DNA of 46,278 nt from Candidatus Nomurabacteria bacterium (GTDB lineage Bacteria; Patescibacteriota; Minisyncoccia; Phycocordibacterales; UBA9973): positions 80,875 through 127,152 of the forward strand of contig JAHFNT010000005.1 of assembly GCA_023267195.1 (NCBI GenBank), in the 5' to 3' direction. The position numbers were made by a program, and so were the translations under genes. Shown one piece after another: positions 1 through 8,435 of the stretch (position 1 is its first letter; each line of letters begins with the position of its first letter). The notes beneath the pieces were generated by a model, which was not told the DNA's origin, searched no databases, and saw nothing but the letters and a program-made list of their open reading frames with translations.

Positions 1-240
1 CTTTGCTTTTTTATCCAACCTTGCCTTCCTCAACGTTTTTTCTAAAACGATTGGCAAATTTTTTAAATGCTCTCTTTTGGCTAGGGCAGGAAACACCCCG
101 CCATAAGGTATATGCACATCAATCTGTGAAGCCACAGTATCAGCTAATACCTTAAAAGAAGCGTTATTAACGCTTCCCATGGCTTCCATTATCGTTATAC
201 CTGTCTCATCGCAGGATGTTTCAATGCTTAAAATTCTCAT
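1..240 (-). CDS. tsaD: tRNA N6-adenosine threonylcarbamoyltransferase TsaD, N-terminal part (runs off window)
   Basis: Manual translation from ATG at 240 gives MRILSIETSCDETGITIMEA...HIPYGGVFPALAKREH, the TsaD/Kae1 N-terminal signature. Confidence 0.95.
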   Translation of the reverse strand, partial: MRILSIETSCDETGITIMEAMGSVNNASFKVLADTVASQIDVHIPYGGVFPALAKREHLKNLPIVLEKTLRKARLDKKAK

Positions 241-252
241 AAAAATTACTAG

Positions 253-325
253 TGCGCGATACAGGATTCGAACCTGTGGCCTACCCCACGTCAAGGGGTC
301 GCTCTACCAACTGAGCTAACCGCGC
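253..325 (-). tRNA. tRNA-Val(GAC), CCA not encoded
   Basis: Acceptor GCGCGGT/ATCGCGC, D arm, anticodon arm ACCCC-TTGACGT-GGGGT, T loop TTCGAAT. Confidence 0.95.
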
Positions 326-335
326 GCAAACAAGG

Positions 336-406
336 TCAATGACCTACCAAAACAGCATAATCGCGCATTACATCACTATCATGACCGACCAACAACATAA
401 CCGCGC
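336..406 (-). repeat. Two degenerate tandem copies resembling the tRNA-Val 5' end
   Basis: Minus strand: GCGCGGTTATGTTGTTGGTCGGTCATGA (406-379) and GCGCGATTATGCTGTTTTGGTAGGTCATTGA (366-336), compared with the tRNA start GCGCGGTTAGCTCAGTTGGTAG (325). Confidence 0.65.
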
Positions 407-417
407 CTGAGGTGATG

Positions 418-1635
418 TTACATTTTTTCTTTAATTCTTTCAAGCGCCAAAATAAAAGCCCCCATACGGAAATAAGTGTTGTTTTCTTTAGCTTTTTGAA
501 ATGTTTTTTGTGAAGCGTCATTCATCAACGGCAGAAGTTTCTCTAAAACTTCTTTTTCTGTCCAAATTTCACTTTTTAAGTTTTGTTCCCATTCAAAATA
601 GGAGACAGTCACACCTCCGGAATTTGCTAAAATATCTGGTACGACAGGTATACCTTTTTTAAATAAAATTTCATCAGCTTCTGGAGTTATAGGGCCATTG
701 GCAAGTTCTAAAATTGCTTTGGCTTTTATTTTTTCTGCATTTTGTTCAGTAATTACATTTTCAAAAGCTGCAGGTGCGAGCAGATCGCAGGGTAGTTCCA
801 GCAATTCTTCATTGGTAATATTTTTTGCGCCGGGAAAATCTTTCAAACTACTCGTAGCTTTTTTATGAGCTTCAACTTTTTCTAAATCTAGCCCTTCTTC
901 TTTATAAATTGCGCTTTTAGAATCCGAAACCGCGATGATTTTGTGTCCGTGTAGAGCAAAGACTCGCGCAGCATTCGCGCCGACGTTGCCGAAGCCCTGA
1001 ATCACCACCTTGCATTTTTCTGGTAGACCGATTTGCGTGCGCAATGAATCAAAAACATAAAACCCGCCGAGGCCCGTAGCCGGGCCTCGGCCCTGTGAGC
1101 CACCTTTTTCAATTGGTTTCCCTGTAAACGTCGCTCCCGTTTTTTCACCTGTAATTTTTCCATATTCATTATCCATCCAAGCCATAATCTCAGGCGTAGT
1201 GTTTACATCCGGTGCCGGTACGTCTTTATGTGGTCCCAAAACATCGGAAAGTTTTTGTACCCAGCCACGCGAAAGTCTTTCTAGCTCTCCTTTAGATAAT
1301 AGTTTCGGATCAACAGTAATCCCGCCTTTGCCTCCGCCCATCGGAATATTCGCGACGGCACATTTGAGTGCCATCCAAAAGGCGAGTGCCTTCACTTCAT
1401 TTATTTCTGTTTCTGGATGATAGCGAATACCACCTTTGTAGGGTCCAAGTGCATTGTTGTATTCGACTCGATAACCTTCAAAAATTTTTAGTGTACCATC
1501 ATCCATTTTAACCGGGATAGAAATTCTAATGTCTCTATCTGGCTGTCTTAGGCGCGCTATTAATTCATCACCAAAATCTTTTAGCTTCGAAACCTTATCA
1601 AGTTGCACCATTGCATTTTCGAAAGGATTTGGCAT
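418..1635 (-). CDS. gdhA: Glu/Leu/Phe/Val dehydrogenase (glutamate dehydrogenase)
   Basis: GPYKGGIRYHP, GGGKGG, DVPAPDV, QGFGNVG and ANSGGVTVSYFEW motifs. Confidence 0.93.
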   Translation of the reverse strand: MPNPFENAMVQLDKVSKLKDFGDELIARLRQPDRDIRISIPVKMDDGTLKIFEGYRVEYNNALGPYKGGIRYHPETEINEVKALAFWMALKCAVANIPMGGGKGGITVDPKLLSKGELERLSRGWVQKLSDVLGPHKDVPAPDVNTTPEIMAWMDNEYGKITGEKTGATFTGKPIEKGGSQGRGPATGLGGFYVFDSLRTQIGLPEKCKVVIQGFGNVGANAARVFALHGHKIIAVSDSKSAIYKEEGLDLEKVEAHKKATSSLKDFPGAKNITNEELLELPCDLLAPAAFENVITEQNAEKIKAKAILELANGPITPEADEILFKKGIPVVPDILANSGGVTVSYFEWEQNLKSEIWTEKEVLEKLLPLMNDASQKTFQKAKENNTYFRMGAFILALERIKEKM

Positions 1636-1639
1636 CTGA

Positions 1640-2398
1640 TTATTGTATCAATTTTTCTAAGATTGCCAATTCTTCTTGTGAATTTGGCTGCAGAGCTTCC
1701 AGAAGATTCGTGATCGGTACGGCCTCTATATTTTTGTTTTGCGCGAATGCAATATTAATTATATCGGTAAATAAATACTCATTCCGGACAGGATTCATCT
1801 CAATTTTATCAATATTATTCCACAGCCATTTTGCATCAAACGCATAGATAGCAGGATTCACTTCTTTGATTGTTTTTTCCTCGTCAGTCGTGTTTTTAAA
1901 TTCAACTAATTTTTTAACTTTGCCATTCGTATCGCGCACAATTCTCCCAAAATGTGAATATAGAGCGATTCTCCAGTCTTCATAATCAGGGACAATCGCA
2001 GTTCCGAGGGTGATAGTTGCGCGTGTTTCAAGGTGAGTTGCAATAATATTTTCTAGTGTTTGTTTGGATATTACCGGTTGGTCGGTGGAAAGTACGAGTA
2101 CTATTTCATGGGGTTTTTCATTTGCTGTTTTTCTCGCGGACATTACCGCATGCCCTGTTCCTAGTTGTTCTTTTTGTAAAGCATATATATAATTATTACC
2201 CAAAACTTCTTTTATTCTTTCTTTTTTATAGCCAATTACGATTATAGGTTTTATTCTTTGATCTAACTCTTTAATAGTATCAAGGATATGTTTTAAAAAA
2301 GGCTTGCCCTTTAATATTGCCAAAGCCTTTGGCTCGTCGCTTTTCATTCTCGTACCCTTGCCGGCCGCGAGGATTATAATTTTTAATTTGTCTTCCAT
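1640..2398 (-). CDS. GlmU-like sugar-phosphate nucleotidyltransferase (N-terminal domain only, no acetyltransferase beta-helix)
   Basis: ILAAGKGTRMKS, QLGTGHAV, FGRIVRD and EYLFTD motifs; 252 aa. Confidence 0.85.
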   Translation of the reverse strand: MEDKLKIIILAAGKGTRMKSDEPKALAILKGKPFLKHILDTIKELDQRIKPIIVIGYKKERIKEVLGNNYIYALQKEQLGTGHAVMSARKTANEKPHEIVLVLSTDQPVISKQTLENIIATHLETRATITLGTAIVPDYEDWRIALYSHFGRIVRDTNGKVKKLVEFKNTTDEEKTIKEVNPAIYAFDAKWLWNNIDKIEMNPVRNEYLFTDIINIAFAQNKNIEAVPITNLLEALQPNSQEELAILEKLIQ

Positions 2399-2438
2399 AT
2401 AATGTCGAATTATATAAGATTAGAAGCCTATTTTCAAC

Positions 2439-2447
2439 TTATCCACA
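2439..2447 (+). promoter_or_regulatory. Perfect DnaA-box 9-mer TTATCCACA
   Basis: Exact consensus in a divergent intergenic region. Confidence 0.5.
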
Positions 2448-2459
2448 GTTTGAACTTGT

Positions 2460-2492
2460 GTAATAAATATATTACGTGCAAAATATATTACA
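2460..2492. promoter_or_regulatory. Putative operator for the downstream XRE regulator
   Basis: Palindrome GTAATA-AATA-TATTAC (2460-2475) and direct repeat AAATATATTAC (2465-2475, 2481-2491) upstream of the membrane protein/HTH pair. Confidence 0.45.
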
Positions 2493-2515
2493 TTAGCAAT
2501 TTAATTAAAATTTTT

Positions 2516-2941
2516 ATGATAAAAAAATATGAATGGTTTGCCAGAAGAAAATATACCGGATGGGGATTTACCCCGGCTACTTGGCAGGGATGGGTCTATG
2601 TGATTGTTGCGATTTTGCCATTTGTTGCGCTCATGAGTTTTGCGCCAATAAATCAGGCCCGAATGATTTTGATTGCAATTTGGGCAATAATTGTCGGCGT
2701 CGATTTTATTGATATAGTGATTCATTTGCCTAAGGATGAGCGTGATCGTCTGCATGAAGCAATAGCCGAGAGGAATGCACTCTGGGTCATAATTGTTGTT
2801 TTGGCGGTCGGGGTAGGGTATCAAGCTGCCTCCGGTGCCACCCTTGGAATCTTTAAAGTGGATCCGGTAATTCTGGTTGCGATATTCGCAGGGCTTATTG
2901 CCAAAATAATTTCAAATATTTATCTAGATAAGAAAGATTAA
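2516..2941 (+). CDS. Four-TM membrane protein paired with an XRE regulator
   Basis: Hydrophobic helices and a DERD motif; ATG 2516 preferred because the longer ORF start runs across the promoter region. Confidence 0.75.
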   Translation: MIKKYEWFARRKYTGWGFTPATWQGWVYVIVAILPFVALMSFAPINQARMILIAIWAIIVGVDFIDIVIHLPKDERDRLHEAIAERNALWVIIVVLAVGVGYQAASGATLGIFKVDPVILVAIFAGLIAKIISNIYLDKKD

Positions 2942-2958
2942 TAAAATACAAAAATACA

Positions 2959-3153
2959 ATGGAAACCAAAATTGCTTATTACAGAAATAAAATTTCTATG
3001 ACGCAAGAAGAACTTGCAGAGAGGGCTGGCGTGACTAGGCAGACCATAATTTCATTAGAGCAAAATCGTTACAATCCATCTCTTTATTTGGCCTATAAAA
3101 TAACCAAAGTTCTCCAACAGAAAAACATTGAGGATGTTTTTATTTTGAAATAA
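2959..3153 (+). CDS. XRE/Cro-C1 family HTH transcriptional regulator
   Basis: [29 protein letters not shown]. Confidence 0.93.
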   Translation: METKIAYYRNKISMTQEELAERAGVTRQTIISLEQNRYNPSLYLAYKITKVLQQKNIEDVFILK

Positions 3154-3246
3154 AAAGCAAAATCTGTGAGCCTAATTATACGAGATTGGAACCTTATTTT
3201 CAATCAAATGAAGGGGTTTTATCAAATAACTTTGAGGCATTCATTA

Positions 3247-3870
3247 TCAGTACCAGAATGCTCTATCAGTTCTTAAGTTAAAATTAGAAATACCAATTGA
3301 GGGATAATAAGGACAAGGAAATATTTCAAAAAATGTCCACTCGTTATCTTTCTCAGTAAATATACTTAGAATGATTTTTTCAAAATTCCATTTGTATTTT
3401 TCACTATTTATTAAATCTACAAATTTTTTTATCTTGAAACCCTTCGTAATTAATCTAGATGCTAATAATAACTGACATTGTCCGTATTGTTTTGTGCCCT
3501 TGGTTCTCCAGATTTCTTCAACTAATTTTTCATAATTATCATCAAAGTTTTCGCTATTATCAAATAACTCTCTTACCTCTAACTGAAAACCTTCTTGATA
3601 GTTAGTATTTGCATCTTTTTTATTTAGAAAATGTATGTCTGGGTTATCACTTGGACAAAGGAGGAATTCTAAACCAGTCTTCTTTTTTATAACTAAAGCT
3701 AAGATGGAGGCATGATAGCACTCTAGTAAATTTTTGTATTTCTTTTTATTTTGGAATACTCTATCTGGGTTTCCATTCTCTAAAATTACTGATTCATTGA
3801 GCCAATTCCTAACTTGTGTTGGAGAGTAACACAATTGTTTTTCTGGTAAGTAAGTGTAGTTTTTAGTCAT
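3247..3870 (-). CDS. Hypothetical low-GC protein, possible PD-(D/E)xK-like fold
   Basis: Long AT-rich ORF (ATG 3870, alternative TTG 3915) with NPDIHF...LEVRE; lies downstream of tRNA-Glu. Confidence 0.6.
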   Translation of the reverse strand: MTKNYTYLPEKQLCYSPTQVRNWLNESVILENGNPDRVFQNKKKYKNLLECYHASILALVIKKKTGLEFLLCPSDNPDIHFLNKKDANTNYQEGFQLEVRELFDNSENFDDNYEKLVEEIWRTKGTKQYGQCQLLLASRLITKGFKIKKFVDLINSEKYKWNFEKIILSIFTEKDNEWTFFEIFPCPYYPSIGISNFNLRTDRAFWY

Positions 3871-4017
3871 ACGATTTTGAACTTTAATTCTATGAAATTG
3901 GCTTTGGGTGTCCAATACCCCATAGAGAATATTTTTGAACGCTTCGCGTACTATATTTATGTGGTCACAAGTTACTAAATTTTTTACTTCTTAAAATCGT
4001 AAAAAATGTAAGTACTT

Positions 4018-4114
4018 GCCGACCCCGGCTCGGCTATTTTTGTACTCAAAAATTATGCCTGCGCCTTCACAAATTTTTTCCAGAGCAAAGCAATTTGCTC
4101 TCTCAAAAAATTTG
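4018..4114 (-). repeat. Structured element downstream of tRNA-Glu(TTC)
   Basis: Hairpin CACAAATTTTTT...GAGCAAA/TTTGCTC...AAAAAATTTGTG, second hairpin containing ATTTTTG-AGTA-CAAAAATA, then GGGGTC echoing the tRNA end. Confidence 0.65.
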
Positions 4115-4186
4115 TGACCCTACTGGGAATCGCACCCAGATTACCAGCTTGAAAAGCTGATGTCCTAACTATTAGACGATAGGGCC
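4115..4186 (-). tRNA. tRNA-Glu(TTC)
   Basis: Acceptor GGCCCTA/TAGGGTC, anticodon loop TTTTCAA, T loop TGCGATT (G55). Confidence 0.93.
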
Positions 4187-4198
4187 AAAACAATAAAC

Positions 4199-4239
4199 AT
4201 CATAACATTTTTTGAAAAAATCGCAAAAAATGTTAGATT
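4199..4239. promoter_or_regulatory. Back-to-back extended -10 promoters for the two tRNAs, overlapping a perfect 12-bp inverted repeat
   Basis: TAACATTTTTTG (4203-4214) / CAAAAAATGTTA (4224-4235); TGTTAGATT on plus and TGTTATGAT on minus. Confidence 0.55.
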
Positions 4240-4247
4240 GAATTGAG

Positions 4248-4329
4248 GGAGGGTTCGCCTAATGGTATGGCACTGGTTTCGAAAACCAGCGGGAGCAATC
4301 CCTTACAGGTTCAAGTCCTGTACCCTCCG
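4248..4329 (+). tRNA. tRNA-Ser(CGA)
   Basis: Acceptor GGAGGGT/ACCCTCC with G discriminator, anticodon arm CTGGT-TTCGAAA-ACCAG, long variable arm GGGA-GCAA-TCCC. Confidence 0.95.
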
Positions 4330-4451
4330 CAAGCTTTATGAAGTAAAGCGAGGACGACTTGAAAGCCGGAGTCTGACTTTGGTCAGACGAGGCGGGGTCG
4401 CGAGATTTTTCAGCAGAAAAATACTTGTGACCAAGTCCTGTACCCTCCGCA
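4312..4451 (+). mobile_element. 100-bp structured insert flanked by exact 20-bp direct repeats of the tRNA-Ser 3' end
   Basis: CAAGTCCTGTACCCTCCGCA at 4312-4331 and 4432-4451, with three hairpins in between. Confidence 0.65.
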
Positions 4452-4487
4452 TGTTGCTTGATTTATTTCATTTGCTAAAATGAATGT

Positions 4488-4697
4488 ATGGAACAAGAAA
4501 CGAAAATTAAGAAGTGCGAGAAAATGAACGCGGGTAATGCGCCAGCCGGAGCAGTTTATGGTTTTGGTTTTATCGGCGCAGTTATTTACTATTTGCAACA
4601 CGCGGATACATTTTTGGCGGGAGCGCTTGGTATTCTAAAAGCCTTTGCTTGGCCTGCCTTTGTAGTGTACAAGATATTTCAATATTTTGGGTTTTAG
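4488..4697 (+). CDS. Small two-TM hypothetical protein
   Basis: GAVYGFGFIGAVIYYLQHA...LKAFAWPAFVVY; extended -10 TGCTAAAAT 6 nt before ATG. Confidence 0.8.
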   Translation: MEQETKIKKCEKMNAGNAPAGAVYGFGFIGAVIYYLQHADTFLAGALGILKAFAWPAFVVYKIFQYFGF

Positions 4698-4701
4698 AAT
4701 A

Positions 4702-5661
4702 TTATCTAGCGTGTATTGCCAAATATATATCTTCTAGTGCCCTGACGGCATCACCGGCAGCGATGTTGTTTTGATGATAAAGCACATTGGTGCAATCTCC
4801 AGCCGCCCAAATGCCGGGAATTTCTGTTTTTTGACTCCAAGCATCTATTTTTATTCGGCCGATATTATCGAGGGGGAGTAAATCTTTAACAAAATCAGTG
4901 TTTGGAATCTGGCCGATTTCAACGAAAATGCCAGAAACTTTTAATTCTTTTTGTCCGCCAGCGCTATTTTCGTATACTAGACCTTCTACAAATTTATCAC
5001 CTTTAATTTCTAAAATTTCTGCATTTTTTATGATATTCAATTTTGGATTTTTGGAAACTTTTTCCACAGTGATTTCATCCGCGCGGAATGTGTCGCCTCT
5101 ATTTATAAGTGTGACAGATTTACAGTAGGCTAGGAGCTGCGAGGCCGATTCAAAAGCAGCATTGCCTCCACCTATGACCGCCACATCCATGTCGGCGAAA
5201 AGGGGACCATCACATGAAGCACAATAGGTGAGTCCTTTGTGTTCTAGTCTGTCTGCGTTTTTCGCTTCAAGCTTTCTGCGCCCACTGCCTGAAGCGATTA
5301 AAATTGTTTTTGCATTAAATTCTTTGCTTCCCTCGGTTGTTACCAAAAAAACATCGCCATTTTTTACTACATTAGTTACTTTTTCTCCTTCAGCCACCTC
5401 TAAAGTAGAAGCCATACTTCCAGTACCTGGAGCACTGTCAGTACCTACGGCATTTGCCATCACGTGTTTTTTGAAATTTTCTGCTAGCTCATTACCCGAA
5501 AGGGAAGTCGTACCGATCCAGTTATAAATTTGTTCGGATACGATACTTTGCCCGCCCCATTCAGCAACCAAAAGAAGAGTTTTTAATCTCTTTCTAGCAG
5601 CATACACCGCTGCCGCTGTCCCTGCCGGCCCACCACCGATAATAATCAAATCGTAAGTCAT
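4702..5661 (-). CDS. trxB: Thioredoxin reductase / AhpF-like FAD-dependent disulfide oxidoreductase
   Basis: GGGPAG, YCASCDG redox motif, GGGNAA, AAGD. Confidence 0.85.
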   Translation of the reverse strand: MTYDLIIIGGGPAGTAAAVYAARKRLKTLLLVAEWGGQSIVSEQIYNWIGTTSLSGNELAENFKKHVMANAVGTDSAPGTGSMASTLEVAEGEKVTNVVKNGDVFLVTTEGSKEFNAKTILIASGSGRRKLEAKNADRLEHKGLTYCASCDGPLFADMDVAVIGGGNAAFESASQLLAYCKSVTLINRGDTFRADEITVEKVSKNPKLNIIKNAEILEIKGDKFVEGLVYENSAGGQKELKVSGIFVEIGQIPNTDFVKDLLPLDNIGRIKIDAWSQKTEIPGIWAAGDCTNVLYHQNNIAAGDAVRALEDIYLAIHAR

Positions 5662-5701
5662 AACTTACATTATATACTAAGAGTCAAATTTTTAGCTATA
5701 T

Positions 5702-6883
5702 TTAATTTTTCTTTCTCCTCAAAAAGGCTGGAACAGCGCTCCAGTCATCGCCGTCATCTTCTATCACTTCCTCTTTTTTACTATCCATTTTTTTTACGAA
5801 ATCATTACTGCCCATCATGTTGCCGCCCTGAAGACTATTGTGTATTTCTTTTTTTATGGTAGCTGGACTTTCATCTTTTACTAGGGTTCCTGTCTGGGTG
5901 CCACTAAAGAGGCTTTTTCTAGGCATATCGGCTGGGAATGAAGTAGCGATGACTGTCACTTTTATTTCTCCTTTTTTTAATTTTTCATCATGAATGGTAC
6001 CGAAAATCACTTTTGCTTCTTTGTCTATTGATTCAGTTATTATTTTTGCTGCTTCCTGAATTTCATTGATAGTCAAATCATCTCCGCCTGAGATTGCAAA
6101 GAGTACTCCCTTGGCGCCGTGGATAGAAATTTCAAGGAGCGGTGAGTTGATAGCTGCCAAAGCTGCTTTTTCAGCTCGTTTTTCACCAGAAGCAGTTCCG
6201 ATACCCATAAGGGCGCTGCCAGCATTTGCCATGACAGCTTTGATGTCAGCGAAATCTACGTTTATGACACCAGGGGTAGTAATGAGGTCAGAAATCCCTT
6301 CTACTGCTTGTCTTAAAACATCATCACATCTCACAAAGGCATCTTTGAAGTTTGTATTTTTTTCTGCCAATTGAAGCAATTTATCGTTTGGAATTATGAT
6401 TATGGCATCCACTTCTTTAGCCAAATCCTCGATTCCTTTTTCTGCTATCTTCATCCTGTGGCTTCCTTCAAAGAAGAAAGGTTTAGTGGTTACTGCTACG
6501 GTCAAGATGCCTTGTTCTCTCGCGGCCCTGGCGACGATAGGAGCAGCTCCAGTGCCGGTGCCTCCACCCATTCCACAGGCAAGAAAAATCATATCTGCGC
6601 CCTTCACTACATCCTGAATTTCAGATTTAGTTTCTTCAGCTGCCTTTTTCCCAACTTCTGGATCCATCCCCGCGCCGAGGCCTTTAGTCAAATTTTTTCC
6701 TATATGAATTTTCTTCTCTGCGAGAGAGTGATGCAGGTCTTGCGTATCGGTATTCATACAGATAAAGGTGACACCTTTGACCTTAGTATTTATCATGTGG
6801 TTGACTGCATTCTTTCCTGAACCCCCAATCCCAATGACCATAATTCTGGCAAAACTCTCTATTTCCTGGTTTATTTTTGGCAT
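5702..6883 (-). CDS. ftsZ: Cell division protein FtsZ
   Basis: GGGTGTG tubulin signature, NTD, INVDFAD, C-terminal VPAFLRR. Confidence 0.98.
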   Translation of the reverse strand: MPKINQEIESFARIMVIGIGGSGKNAVNHMINTKVKGVTFICMNTDTQDLHHSLAEKKIHIGKNLTKGLGAGMDPEVGKKAAEETKSEIQDVVKGADMIFLACGMGGGTGTGAAPIVARAAREQGILTVAVTTKPFFFEGSHRMKIAEKGIEDLAKEVDAIIIIPNDKLLQLAEKNTNFKDAFVRCDDVLRQAVEGISDLITTPGVINVDFADIKAVMANAGSALMGIGTASGEKRAEKAALAAINSPLLEISIHGAKGVLFAISGGDDLTINEIQEAAKIITESIDKEAKVIFGTIHDEKLKKGEIKVTVIATSFPADMPRKSLFSGTQTGTLVKDESPATIKKEIHNSLQGGNMMGSNDFVKKMDSKKEEVIEDDGDDWSAVPAFLRRKKN

Positions 6884-6953
6884 AATTGATTATTAAAAGA
6901 ATTATCTTATATAGATAACACACTACCACCGGCACAAATAAATGTAAAGTAAA

Positions 6954-8117
6954 CTATGGCATCAGCTGTTTTAGGCTTGATTTTATTGTATTTTTAAGAT
7001 CTTTGAAAATATTTCCGAGTGGGCCTTCTCCATATCCCATATTATCCTTGCCTGCTGTTAGAAGTCCTAGGACAGTAAACCAAGAAGAGTCACGCAGCTT
7101 GGTTTTGTTGTTGCCAAAAATTTCAGTTGTTCCTAGGCTTGATGGGAGTTTTAGGATTGATTTTGAAAGTTCCACTAACATGGGAGTGTCTGCTCCGCCA
7201 CCTACAAACACGATGCCGGCAGGCAAGAGTTCTGATCTTTTTATTTTTTTTAAATTATTTTCTATTGACTCAAAAATATCACACAGGCGCGCCTCGATTA
7301 TTTCTTCCAGTTTTTTTCTTGAAAAATCTTCCGTAATATTTTCCAGTTTCAAATCTTCTGCTTTCTCTAATGGAATTTTAAAACCTAAAGCAATATCATT
7401 AGTGATGTCTGTTCCCCCGATAGAAAAAGTGTAAATAGATACTAGTGATCCATTTTCAAAAACAGAAATAGAAGTGGTCTCTGCTCCGATGTTGACCAGG
7501 GCTACCCCGACTATTTTTTGTCTTTCAGACAAAACAATATTACTGACGGCTATCGGGGAGGCTATTACATCTATCGTTTCTACTCCAGCTTCCGCGATTA
7601 CTCCGAGCAAATCTTCCAAATGGACAATAGAATAAGTTACAAAAAGGGTTTTTGCCTCAAGTTTGGTTCCACGCATACCCTCCAGGCGGCCTAGCACTTC
7701 TTTGCCGTCAAGCCGGAAAGAAATAGGGAACATGTGGATGATTTTTTTATTACCCAAACTCAAGTTTTCTTCGCAATCTGCCAAAGCTTTGTTTATATCG
7801 AGAGTCGTAACCTCGCCGTCTGCTTTAGAGACGATTGTTCCTCCGGGGCTGATCTCTCCGCGTAAAGTTGTGCCCGAAAGGGAAACGAAAGCGCGTTTTA
7901 TTTTTAGACCAGAAGTTTTTTCTGCTTGCGCGACTGCATTTCTGACTGAAGTGGCGGCCAATGTTTCATTGACAACATAACCGTGTCGAACTCCAAGCGT
8001 TTGGCTTTCGCCTACACCAATAATCTTAGGATTTTTTTCTCCTTTTAGAAATTCTCCGACCACGACTCGCGTCATGGACGATCCTACGTCTATCCCGACT
8101 GAAATATTTCTGATCAT
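6954..8117 (-). CDS. ftsA: Cell division protein FtsA
   Basis: GIDVGSS, VNIGAETT, GGTDITNDIA, VFVGGGA; directly upstream of ftsZ. Confidence 0.95.
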   Translation of the reverse strand: MIRNISVGIDVGSSMTRVVVGEFLKGEKNPKIIGVGESQTLGVRHGYVVNETLAATSVRNAVAQAEKTSGLKIKRAFVSLSGTTLRGEISPGGTIVSKADGEVTTLDINKALADCEENLSLGNKKIIHMFPISFRLDGKEVLGRLEGMRGTKLEAKTLFVTYSIVHLEDLLGVIAEAGVETIDVIASPIAVSNIVLSERQKIVGVALVNIGAETTSISVFENGSLVSIYTFSIGGTDITNDIALGFKIPLEKAEDLKLENITEDFSRKKLEEIIEARLCDIFESIENNLKKIKRSELLPAGIVFVGGGADTPMLVELSKSILKLPSSLGTTEIFGNNKTKLRDSSWFTVLGLLTAGKDNMGYGEGPLGNIFKDLKNTIKSSLKQLMP

Positions 8118-8433
8118 ATTTTTTTTCCGCTTCTTCCATTGTACTACTATGATCGAGACCTTTCAAATGAAGCAGGCCGTGGATAACTAAAAAGCCGAGC
8201 AGTTCCGGGAAAGTTCTATTAAATTTTTTTAATTCTTTCTTGATTACTGCCTTACACAACACAAGCTCGCCGGAATTTTTTGATAAAGCAAAAGACAACA
8301 CATTTGTTGGTTTGTTTTTACCCCGCCATTTTTTATTTAATTCTTGGGATTTTTTGAGAGAGACGTAGGCAATAGAAAGCTCGTAGTTTTTGCCTAAGAT
8401 TTCATTCTTTATTCTAGAAAAAATCTTCTCCAT
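8026..8433 (-). CDS. ybeY: rRNA maturation endoribonuclease YbeY
   Basis: LNKKWRGKNKPTNVLSF and HGLLHLKGLDH metal-binding motif. Confidence 0.92.
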   Translation of the reverse strand: MEKIFSRIKNEILGKNYELSIAYVSLKKSQELNKKWRGKNKPTNVLSFALSKNSGELVLCKAVIKKELKKFNRTFPELLGFLVIHGLLHLKGLDHSSTMEEAEKKYDQKYFSRDRRRIVHDASRGRRISKRRKKS

Positions 8434-8435
8434 TT

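Noticed and set aside
304..406. About 40-bp periodic repeats as a CRISPR array
   Set aside because: Only three degenerate units, one of which is a tRNA; spacers are about 10-12 nt; no cas genes.
4262..4483. 73-aa ORF with repeated KSCTLR
   Set aside because: It overlaps tRNA-Ser; the peptide repeat is just the duplicated tRNA 3' end.
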